A DNA stretch of 64,000 nucleotides, from assembly GCA_016235455.1 (NCBI GenBank), contig JACRKZ010000021.1, positions 14,537 to 78,536 of the forward strand, in the 5' to 3' direction. The stretch comes from Armatimonadota bacterium. GTDB taxonomy: Bacteria > Armatimonadota > UBA10988. This document shows, in pieces, positions 56,117 to 64,000 of this stretch. The stretch's first letter is position 1; each line of letters begins with the position of its first letter. Under the pieces are notes generated by a model that was given only the letters and a program-made list of their open reading frames with translations, was not told where the DNA came from and did not search any database. The position numbers and the translations under genes were made by a program.

Positions 56117-56707
56117 ATGGCCAGCCTGCTCGGCGCGCCGCAACTCGTTATGCAACGACCGACCCTGACCGACCTGCCGACGCTTGTCCTGCCAGACGGC
56201 TACCGCCTGCGGCACTTCGAGCCGGGCGATGAAGCGGCCTGGGTCAGGCTGTCCGACGCCGCCTTCGATGACGGTCCGCACGAGCCGTCGTGGTTCTATG
56301 AGCGCTTTGGCGACCTGGCGTTCGAGGCCCGGCGGGTGTGGTTCGTGGTGGATGACCACGGCCCGGTAGCTACCGCCGCGGCCTGGCACCGACCCAAGTG
56401 GGGCGCCGACACCGGCTACCTGCACTGGGTGGCCGCCGATGCCGCTCATCGCGGCCGCGGGCTGGGTCTGCTGGTCAGCCTGGCGGCGATGTGGGAGATG
56501 GCGCGCGAGGGCCGGCGCAGCGCGCTGCTTCAGACCGACGACTTCCGCGTGCCGGCGGTGCGCGCCTATCTGACCCTGGGCTATCGGCCGCGCCTCGTCG
56601 ATGAGAACCAGCGTGAGCGCTGGCGCGCCGTGTTGGCCGCGTGCGGGCGCGATGTCGACAGCTTCGCGGCCGACCTGGCCGCGCCGCTCAACCCGCCTCT
56701 GGACTGA
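56117..56707 (+). CDS. GNAT family N-acetyltransferase
   Basis: [13 protein letters not shown] acetyl-CoA motif; [10 protein letters not shown]. Confidence 0.85.
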   Translation: MASLLGAPQLVMQRPTLTDLPTLVLPDGYRLRHFEPGDEAAWVRLSDAAFDDGPHEPSWFYERFGDLAFEARRVWFVVDDHGPVATAAAWHRPKWGADTGYLHWVAADAAHRGRGLGLLVSLAAMWEMAREGRRSALLQTDDFRVPAVRAYLTLGYRPRLVDENQRERWRAVLAACGRDVDSFAADLAAPLNPPLD

Positions 56708-58316
56708 CCGCGGCGCGCCGGCTGGGCGCCCAGCGGGTGAGCATGTCGGCCAGCGCGGCGTAAGCCATGGGCTTGGGCAGGAAATCGTCCATGCCCACCG
56801 CCAGACAGCGGTCGCGATCGCGGGCCAGATGACTGCCAGTGACCGCGATGATGGGCAGATGCTGCCCGGGCCGCTCGGCCTCACGGATGTGTCCGGCGGC
56901 CTCGAACCCGTCCATCACGGGCATGTGGCAGTCCATTAGCACCACATCGACCGGAGCCCCGGCCAGCAGGTCGAGGGCCTCGCGACCGTCGCGGGCCAGC
57001 AGCGGCGTGCAGCCCAGGCCCTCCAACATGCGCGTCACCACCTTCTGGTTGACCCGACTGTCCTCGGCGAGCAACACCCGCAGCCCGGCCAGGCTGGGCA
57101 GGTCTGCATCGGCTGGCGGTCGCGGCGCGCGCTGCTCCTGCACACTCAGCAGCAGTTCCTCGAGCGCCTCCTGGCGCACCGGCTTGGGCAGCCAGCCGGC
57201 CAGGCGCAGTGCGCTGAGCGCGGCAATGCTCTTGCCGTCCGCCGCCGGCACCAAGACGGCCACGGGCAGGTCGCGCAGGCGATCGTTGGCTCGCAGCCGA
57301 CGGATGAGCTGGCGACCGTCCTGATCGCCCAGCCGCAGATCCACCAGCAGCAGCCCGTACGTCGCGCCGCGCCGCGAGGTACGGCCCAACTGGCTGAGCG
57401 CGCCCGGCATGTCGGCCGCCTCGTCAGCCTCGATGCCGCAGCTGCGTAGCGTCGCCACGACGGCGGCGCGCGCCAGATCATGGTCATCGACCACCAGCAC
57501 ACGACCGAAGTCGGCAAACGACAGGCGCGTGTCGGTGTTGGTCGGAGCCGCGCTGGGCAATGGCAGCCGGACGCAGAACCGCGAACCCGCGCCGAGTTGG
57601 CTGCTGACCTCGATGCGGCCCCCCATCATGTCCACCAGCCGCGCGACAATGGTCAGCCCGAGGCCGGGACCGCGCCCGTTGCGGCCGACCTGGATGTTGG
57701 CCGTGCCCGCGCCGTCGAACAGCTGCGCCACGCGCTCGGCCGACATGCCGATGCCAGTGTCTTCCACCACCAGCGCCAGCCCGTCGCCCTCCAGATCGCC
57801 GCCGGAGGCCACGGTGACGATGACGTGCCCGCGATCGGTGTACTTCACGGCGTTGGCCAGCAGGTGCGAGACGATCTGCCGCAGGCGCACGGCATCCGCC
57901 AGCACGGCCCGCGGTGCGTCAGGCGTATGCCGCAGCACAATCTCCACGCGTCGGCGGGCGGCCTTGGCTGCCAACTCGCCCGCCACATCGCCGGCCAGGG
58001 CAACGGGATCGAGCGGCGCGACCTGCAAAACCACCTGACCGGTCTCAATGCTGGCGAAATCGTGCAGGTCGTTGACGATGCCCAGCAGTCGGTCGGCGCA
58101 GGACGCCAGCGTGAGCGCGTAGTCGCGCTGCGCGCCATCCAGTTCGGTGCTCAGCAGCAGTTCGGCCATGCCCACGATACCGTTGGCTGGCGTGCGAATC
58201 TCCTGCGCCATGTTGGCTACAAACTCGCTCTTGGCCGAGCTCGCCATGGCCGCCTCAAAGGCCGCGCGGCGGGCCTCCTCAAGCGCCTCGGCCAGCGATC
58301 GCTCCGCCGCCGTCAT
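56688..58316 (-). CDS. Sensor-less hybrid histidine kinase homolog (HisKA His-to-Gln, HATPase, REC, REC)
   Basis: [36 protein letters not shown], two receiver domains. Confidence 0.85.
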   Translation of the reverse strand: MTAAERSLAEALEEARRAAFEAAMASSAKSEFVANMAQEIRTPANGIVGMAELLLSTELDGAQRDYALTLASCADRLLGIVNDLHDFASIETGQVVLQVAPLDPVALAGDVAGELAAKAARRRVEIVLRHTPDAPRAVLADAVRLRQIVSHLLANAVKYTDRGHVIVTVASGGDLEGDGLALVVEDTGIGMSAERVAQLFDGAGTANIQVGRNGRGPGLGLTIVARLVDMMGGRIEVSSQLGAGSRFCVRLPLPSAAPTNTDTRLSFADFGRVLVVDDHDLARAAVVATLRSCGIEADEAADMPGALSQLGRTSRRGATYGLLLVDLRLGDQDGRQLIRRLRANDRLRDLPVAVLVPAADGKSIAALSALRLAGWLPKPVRQEALEELLLSVQEQRAPRPPADADLPSLAGLRVLLAEDSRVNQKVVTRMLEGLGCTPLLARDGREALDLLAGAPVDVVLMDCHMPVMDGFEAAGHIREAERPGQHLPIIAVTGSHLARDRDRCLAVGMDDFLPKPMAYAALADMLTRWAPSRRAAVSPEAG

Positions 58317-58978
58317 GAGCGCACCTCCGACTCGCCATCACGCCAGATGACCACCCGGGCCGGCGCGCCGTCGGGCGATACCAGACGCAGCGGCAGACAG
58401 GCCAGCTGCCACCAGCCAGGCTCCGCGCAACGCAGGTCGAGCGCCTCCACCACGACCATGCCGGCGCCCAGCAGTCGCTGGTGCGGCTCGGTCTGGTCGT
58501 CGAACGGCGCTGCCGACAAGCCGTCGACGCCCACCAGCACCGTCTTGCGGTCGGCCAGCCAGCTCGCCGCCTCGCGCGTGATGCCGGCATAGCTCTCGTC
58601 GAATGGCGCCGTCGGGTCGGCCCAGCGCGCCGAGTTGCGCGTGCGCAGCAGCACCCGGCTGGCCGCGGCGGGGATCTGCGCCGCGACCAACGCCTCTACC
58701 GTGACCGCCTCGGCGTCGCCCAGATCGGCCACCCACGCGGGCCCCACCAGCGCCGCCAAAGCAATCGTTTCCAGTCCGCCACCGCCGGGGAGGAAGTGGC
58801 CGGGGGCATCGACATGGGTGCCGGCATGGGCGCTGAGGCTCAGCGCCGAGACGGTGCAGCCATCGCCGGCGGCGAAGCTCTGCTGGAGGTCGAGGCGCAC
58901 AGGCACATCACCGGGCCAGCCGACCAAGTCGGCCGTCACGGGCACGGTCAGATCAAGCAGGTGCTGGCCACCATCCAC
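58313..58978 (-). CDS. Cyclase family protein (kynurenine formamidase-like)
   Basis: [34 protein letters not shown]. Confidence 0.88.
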   Translation of the reverse strand: MDGGQHLLDLTVPVTADLVGWPGDVPVRLDLQQSFAAGDGCTVSALSLSAHAGTHVDAPGHFLPGGGGLETIALAALVGPAWVADLGDAEAVTVEALVAAQIPAAASRVLLRTRNSARWADPTAPFDESYAGITREAASWLADRKTVLVGVDGLSAAPFDDQTEPHQRLLGAGMVVVEALDLRCAEPGWWQLACLPLRLVSPDGAPARVVIWRDGESEVRS

Positions 58979-58989
58979 AGTAAGCGCTC

Positions 58990-59499
58990 TCAGAAGAGAA
59001 TATTCAGCAGCCTCTGGTTGACGGCCGTGCCGTCACCGCCGCTGTCGAGCTCGGCCCGAATGCACTGCACCAGATGAGCCGAGACCATCAGCGCCGCGGT
59101 CTGCTTGAGCGCCGCGTTGACCGCCGAGAACTGGGTCAACACGGCATCGCACTCACGACCGGTCTCGATCATCCGCTGCAAGCCGCGGATCTGACCCTCG
59201 ATGCGGCGTAGACGCCGCAACAGGCTGTCGTCCGGCGACTCGCCGCCGCAGTGGCACTGCTCCAGCGCTTTGACCAGACGATCGCGTGACGCCGTGTCGC
59301 CCTCGTCGGGCAACCACACAGTGAGCAGTACACCATGCTCGTTATCGGCAGCGCGCAGCCAAACTTGACACGAAGCGCCGCGGGCCGACGCCAGCCAGGC
59401 CCGTTCCCCAACCGACTCCAGGTGGAACCGGGCGGCATCGATGGCTTCGGCCACGCGTGGCCAGCACGCGTCCAAGTTGCCTGACAACTGCACCTGCAT
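58990..59499 (-). CDS. CsoR/RcnR family repressor with an extra N-terminal domain
   Basis: C-terminal LLRRLRRIEGQIRGLQRMIETGRECDAVLTQFSAVNAAL...HLVQCI. Confidence 0.82.
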   Translation of the reverse strand: MQVQLSGNLDACWPRVAEAIDAARFHLESVGERAWLASARGASCQVWLRAADNEHGVLLTVWLPDEGDTASRDRLVKALEQCHCGGESPDDSLLRRLRRIEGQIRGLQRMIETGRECDAVLTQFSAVNAALKQTAALMVSAHLVQCIRAELDSGGDGTAVNQRLLNILF

Positions 59500-59513
59500 G
59501 ACGACTCTCCGAC

Positions 59514-60281
59514 CTAGGCGGTCCAGCCCATGGCGGTCAGGTTGGCAAAGCTCTTGGCCAGGGCCTCGAAGGGATCGGTGGGCTCGACTTCGCAGCTGTC
59601 CTGCTCGACGATGACATACTCAGCCACCGACGCGCGGGCCGCGGCGTTGATGCGCTCCCAGTTCAGGTTGCCTTCGCCGATCGGCGCGAACTTCTGCGCC
59701 GAGCCGACCATCTGCATGTCTTTGTAGTGCAGCAGCGGGCAGCGTCCGCTGACCTTCTCGATCCAGGCCGCGGGGTCGCCGCCGCCGTGTTGGATCCAGT
59801 AGGTGTCGATCTCGAAGCAGACCGCCGGGTCGGTGTCCTCGACCAGCAGCGCCAGGGCCGTGCGGCCGCCGTACTTCTGCAGTTCGAAGCTGTGGTTGTG
59901 GTAGCTGAAGGTCAGGCCCGCGTCGCCCAGTTTGGCCGCCGCCTCGTTGGCCATGCCCACGAACCTGGCATAGCCCTCGGCGCTGCGCAGGTCGCCCGGC
60001 AGGCCGCCGATGGCCACATGCTTACAGCCGTAGGCTTCGTGCTGGGCGATGCAGGCGGCGGTCTCGTTGAGGATGCCCTCGATGCCGACATGGGTGGCGC
60101 AGATGGTCAGGCCCAAGTCGTCGCAGATGCCGCGCAGCTCGGCCGGGTCCATGGGGCCAACCGCCGACAACTGCACCGCGCGGTAGCCGATGGCGGCCAC
60201 GCGCGGCAGGTTGGCGCGGATGTCCTCCGGCGTCTTGAGATAGTCGCGGAGCGTGTACAACTGAGCAGCCAGACGAGCCAT
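59514..60281 (-). CDS. Sugar phosphate isomerase/epimerase (TIM barrel)
   Basis: AAQLYTLRD, YHNHSFE, FEIDTYW, HYKD, IVEQD. Confidence 0.88.
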   Translation of the reverse strand: MARLAAQLYTLRDYLKTPEDIRANLPRVAAIGYRAVQLSAVGPMDPAELRGICDDLGLTICATHVGIEGILNETAACIAQHEAYGCKHVAIGGLPGDLRSAEGYARFVGMANEAAAKLGDAGLTFSYHNHSFELQKYGGRTALALLVEDTDPAVCFEIDTYWIQHGGGDPAAWIEKVSGRCPLLHYKDMQMVGSAQKFAPIGEGNLNWERINAAARASVAEYVIVEQDSCEVEPTDPFEALAKSFANLTAMGWTA

Positions 60282-60460
60282 GGATCCAACCTCCACCTAT
60301 GGGCGTGATTGTACCACGGCCAGGGGGTGCCATTGGACACCAACCGGCCCCTCGTGTTGCGCCCAAGACACAGTGAACCTGGGCCGCGCGTTGACCGTTC
60401 AAGGAGGCAGCGTTAGACTCAAGCAGTGGGATCAGACCCGGTCCCTCGCGAGGTTGTGCC

Positions 60461-61615
60461 ATGCGTGAACGGCTTTCGGCGCTCAGACCCTATGCCAAAT
60501 ACTGGCCCGTGGCCCTGTTTGTGCTGGCCAACATGGCGGCCGTGGGGCTGGTCATCCGCGCCCAGACCGCCTCGGACGAGGGTGTGGCCACCAGCACCAT
60601 CCGCCGACCGACCGACGTCGCCGCCGACAAGCTGGGGGTCAAGCCGCCCGAGGCGCTCGACCTGGAGTCGGCGCGCGCCGCCGCCGATGTGCCCATGGTG
60701 CTCGACTGGTCCAAAGCGCCCGGCGACCCGCGGCCCAGCACGGAGCAGACCGCGGCGCCCGGCCGCTCGCTCATCGAGCGTCTGGCCATGGGCCTGGGCA
60801 ACCTCCGTGACGACGCGCGAGCCGCCTATGACCGCGACACGCGGCTCAACCGTGAAGCCATGCTGGGCATCCGCTCGACGTTGCTGACCGGCAATCTGCC
60901 GGCCATCGGCAACCCGCTGCTGCCCGCGTGGAACAGCACCTTCATGCCGCCCTATGACCCGTTGGGCGCAGGCCTGCGCAGCGCTGAGCCGCCCGTGACC
61001 GAGATCGAAGTACCCGCGGGCACCACGCAGGACGAGTTGGTGGCGCTGGCCCAGAAGTACCAGATCATGGGCCTCCGCGTGCGCATCTCGGTGCGTGGCA
61101 GCGGTGGCGTGCCCGCCGGGGTCGCCGCCGGCATGGGTAATGTGCGCACGACGACCGTGCCCTCGGGTCTTGGCGGCATGATGGCCGCACTGCCCGGCCC
61201 GCCGCCCGACGTGGCCGCGCCGGGCGCCGAGCCGCGAGCGTTCTCGGACAGCCGGCCGCGCGTGGTGGAGGTCAATCCGGCAGGCTTGACGGGTGCGCCT
61301 GCTGGCGTGGATGCCCCGCGCTACAGCACGGGTGTTGACGATGGCGCCCCGTCGGGCGTCCGGCCACCGTCGCCCGCCTCCACCGAAGCGGCGACCAGCC
61401 AACTGTTCCTGTCCTCGACGATCGCCAGCCGCGCCGAGGCCGACGCCGTGGCCGCCAGGCTGCGCAGCTCCGGTGGCCAGGTCACCGTGCAGCCGATGCA
61501 GTCGGGCGTGGGCTTCAAGGTCAACGTCCGCATCGCCTGCCGCAAGAGCCAGCGCGGCGAAATGGCCGCGCAGCTCTCGGACAAGGCCGGCGTGACCATG
61601 CGCCTGCGGACCTGA
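60461..61615 (+). CDS. Membrane-anchored protein with a Pro/Gly-rich linker and C-terminal SPOR-like domain
   Basis: N-terminal TM helix; C-terminal SRAEADAVAARLRSSG...GFKVNV pattern. Confidence 0.6.
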   Translation: MRERLSALRPYAKYWPVALFVLANMAAVGLVIRAQTASDEGVATSTIRRPTDVAADKLGVKPPEALDLESARAAADVPMVLDWSKAPGDPRPSTEQTAAPGRSLIERLAMGLGNLRDDARAAYDRDTRLNREAMLGIRSTLLTGNLPAIGNPLLPAWNSTFMPPYDPLGAGLRSAEPPVTEIEVPAGTTQDELVALAQKYQIMGLRVRISVRGSGGVPAGVAAGMGNVRTTTVPSGLGGMMAALPGPPPDVAAPGAEPRAFSDSRPRVVEVNPAGLTGAPAGVDAPRYSTGVDDGAPSGVRPPSPASTEAATSQLFLSSTIASRAEADAVAARLRSSGGQVTVQPMQSGVGFKVNVRIACRKSQRGEMAAQLSDKAGVTMRLRT

Positions 61616-61632
61616 CCCGACCGCCGCTGGAG

Positions 61633-62679
61633 CTACGGCACGGTGACGACCGCCGCGCGCTTGCCGGGCAGCCACACGGGCTCGGCCAGACCCCGCGTGT
61701 AGCCGGCGTTGCCGTCGAAGCTGAACACATCACTGCCAGCGGCCTTGCCGCTCGGCACATAGTGCAGCGCGTAGCGCAGCACGCCGGTCTTGGCGCCGGT
61801 ACCCGCCACGCGCAGCCACATGAGCCCCGACGCCGAGGCTGAGGCCAGCCCGGCGTTGGCGACGTCGGTGCCCGGCCAGCCGGGGATGGTGCCCAGTTTG
61901 CCACCGTCCACCGCCGTCTGCATCAAGCCGGCGTCGGTGTGCAGCAGCAGCGTGTCCATGTCCTGCCAGGTGTGCGCGACGAACGGGTTGTCGAGCGTGC
62001 GGTACTTGGCGTAGTCGGAGCCGCCGCGCAGGACCAGCCCTTCGGGCGTGCCCTCGCTGAGCGTGCGGCCGTCGGTGGACCACTGCACGCGCCCATCGGC
62101 CGAACCCTCGCCGCCGGTCAGGGAGTGGGCCTGCTGCCAGTACTTGGTGCTCGGCCGAAAGACATATAGCCCTGGCCCGGAGTTGCCCACGGTCAGGTAG
62201 AACGCCACCAGCTCGCCCGCGGGATGCCAGGCGATAGCGCGCGCGCCGTTGTAGCGGCCCTTGGCGTAGAACAGCGGCAGCCCGCCGGCGATGCGTCGGC
62301 CGCTGTTGTCCAGGAAGCTGACCGCCACGCGCAGGTCGGCGCCGTTCGGCCCCTTGGCCGCGTAGGCCTGGAACGCGGCGACCAGGCCGCCGGCCGGCGC
62401 GCAGACGGGAAAGCGATAGCCCGGCTCGCCCTTGGGCGCGGCGGCGAAGACGGTGGGCGCGGCGCCGAGCGCGTCGAGCCTCCAGCGCACGATGTTGCCC
62501 CGCGTGTCGTCGGCATAGAGCCACTTGCCCTGCGGGTCGACCGACGGGTTGGCATAGCGACCCAGATTGGCGCTGGTCCCGTCCTCGAGCGACACCACAT
62601 GCAGGCCCGAGGCAGGCGGCGGCGGGGTCTGGCCCAGCGCGGCCAGAGCGCAGCAGAGCAGCATCAACAGGTAGCGCAT
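61633..62679 (-). CDS. Secreted beta-propeller (TolB/WD40-like) hypothetical protein
   Basis: Signal peptide MRYLLMLLCCALAALG; repeats PSVDPQGKWLY, IAWHPAGELVAF, VQWSTDGRTL; AAGGAG RBS. Confidence 0.7.
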   Translation of the reverse strand: MRYLLMLLCCALAALGQTPPPPASGLHVVSLEDGTSANLGRYANPSVDPQGKWLYADDTRGNIVRWRLDALGAAPTVFAAAPKGEPGYRFPVCAPAGGLVAAFQAYAAKGPNGADLRVAVSFLDNSGRRIAGGLPLFYAKGRYNGARAIAWHPAGELVAFYLTVGNSGPGLYVFRPSTKYWQQAHSLTGGEGSADGRVQWSTDGRTLSEGTPEGLVLRGGSDYAKYRTLDNPFVAHTWQDMDTLLLHTDAGLMQTAVDGGKLGTIPGWPGTDVANAGLASASASGLMWLRVAGTGAKTGVLRYALHYVPSGKAAGSDVFSFDGNAGYTRGLAEPVWLPGKRAAVVTVP

Positions 62680-62774
62680 GGCCCAACTCCTTCGCGACGT
62701 CAAGTGCAACGTGATGTGCTTGGATCGACTTCACCCGTCGGCGGCGAGTTCCGCGCGCCCGCCGGGCAGCCAAC

Positions 62775-62850
62775 CATCCACAGATAACACAGATGGACGC
62801 CGATGGCCTGCTGGGGCCGTATCCGCGTCCATCTGCGTGATCTGTTGATG
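62775..62850. repeat. CAGAT-periodic inverted repeat (same family as 48785-48860)
   Basis: 30-bp arms at 62775-62804 and 62821-62850 pair with 4 mismatches. Confidence 0.8.
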
Positions 62851-62860
62851 CGGCTGCGCC

Positions 62861-63619
62861 TCAGCGGCCCAGCAGCTTCTTGATGTTGGCGTAGCTGATG
62901 GCGATGCTTTCCATCGGATCGCGGTCGCAGCGGTCCTGCTCGACGATCCAGGCCTTGACGATGCCGTCCTTACCGGCTTCGAAGATGGCCGGGAAGTCCA
63001 TGATGCCGGTGCCGACCTCGGTGAAGTCGACCTTCTCGGCCTTCATGTCCTTGATGTGGATGAGCGGCGCACGGTCGGCGTACTTGGTCACGTAGTCGGC
63101 GGGGTTCTTGCCACCGGCCTTGACCCAGAAGGTGTCCAGCTCGACCTGCAGCAGCGAGGGGTCGGCGTTGGCATAGAGCAGGTCCAGGCCGGGCACGCCG
63201 TCTTCCTCAACCTTGAACTCGAAGTCGTGGTTGTGGTAGCAGAGCGTCAGGCCGGCGGCCTTGACCTTCTCGCCGATGGCCGCAAAGCGAGCGCCCATGG
63301 CCTTCCAGCCATTGGCATCGCCGCGGTACTCTTCGCCCAGCCAGGGGATGACCACGTACGGGTTGCCGATGGTCAGGTTGTAGTCAATGGCCGGCTGCGG
63401 GTCGGCTTCGAGCTGTTCGAAGCCGGTGTGGCTGCCGATGCACTTGAGGCCGTTGTCGTCCAACAGCTTCTTCATCTCGGCCGCCGGCAAACCGCCGTCG
63501 CCCGCCAGTTCAACCGCCTCGTAGCCGATCTCGGCCACCTTGGCCATCGTGCCGCCAAAGTCCTTGGCGGTGTAGTCGCGCACCGTGTACATCTGTAGCG
63601 CAATCGGAATCACCGACAT
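62861..63619 (-). CDS. Sugar phosphate isomerase/epimerase (TIM barrel)
   Basis: ALQMYTVRD, YHNHDFEF, ELDTFW, IHIKD, IVEQD; GAGGTG RBS. Confidence 0.9.
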   Translation of the reverse strand: MSVIPIALQMYTVRDYTAKDFGGTMAKVAEIGYEAVELAGDGGLPAAEMKKLLDDNGLKCIGSHTGFEQLEADPQPAIDYNLTIGNPYVVIPWLGEEYRGDANGWKAMGARFAAIGEKVKAAGLTLCYHNHDFEFKVEEDGVPGLDLLYANADPSLLQVELDTFWVKAGGKNPADYVTKYADRAPLIHIKDMKAEKVDFTEVGTGIMDFPAIFEAGKDGIVKAWIVEQDRCDRDPMESIAISYANIKKLLGR

Positions 63620-64000
63620 GGTTCACCTCGTGTGCGGCGGCCTACGTTGGCCCTGCCGCCAGCGGGTAGTGTAGCACCGCGCTGGGTTCGGCGGCGCGGC
63701 GGGTTGAGCGATGACACGCCCCTGCACCGGTCGCTCGCGGTGGGGCAGAATCGAGGTGGCGAGCAAGGATGGTACGTGGGCGAGCACTGGGCGTGGCACG
63801 AGTTGGCGAGCGTCGATGCGCTCAACAGCCGGTACGTTGTCCGGCTCTCCACTCTGCGGTGGCAGCCTCCCGAGCGTCGCACCGGCATCACTGACGCCGG
63901 CGCGCCAATCCCCAGTTTGGCAGTGGTCCGAAGGACCACCGTTGGCCTCCGGTCCGCCGCGATGTCGACCTGCGGCTTCGCCTCCGGCCGATGCCAGTCT

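Noticed and set aside
63620-64000. Possible CDS start at the right window edge
   Set aside because: An open plus-strand frame exists, but it has no RBS, weak codon bias and no recognisable motif.

Overview
A 64-kb, very GC-rich bacterial chromosomal segment. The rpsO-pnp-M16 peptidase-dapB synteny, futalosine genes, sulfatase and WD40/zinc-ribbon proteins suggest an Armatimonadota-like genome, but this is inference only. Most of it is housekeeping or metabolic: a ccmC-ccmD-ccmE-sirC-hemA-ccsA/hemX heme and cytochrome c cluster, glmM plus a stand-alone GlmU-like acetyltransferase, glmS, sfsA, map, rpsO, pnp, dapB, mqnE-mqnC, an Fpg/Nei glycosylase, a DUF1998 helicase, sugar ABC permeases, oxidoreductases, signalling proteins and two type II toxin-antitoxin pairs. 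I saw no rRNA, tRNA, CRISPR array, integrase or transposase. The most unusual observations are: (1) an operon behind glmS-sfsA with two adjacent, intact HAD-superfamily genes (a P1B-ATPase derivative and a KdsC derivative) that have both lost their catalytic aspartates, followed by a GNRE-type metallophosphoesterase carrying an in-frame palindromic insertion; (2) further apparent pseudoenzymes (a His-to-Gln hybrid kinase and a membrane EEP-fold protein); (3) a stand-alone tandem nuoB pair; (4) a CcmE with CxxxE instead of HxxxY/CxxxY, plus an unannotated ccmD; (5) a PNPase with a long RGG/RD disordered tail; and (6) several families of REP/REPIN-like inverted repeats.
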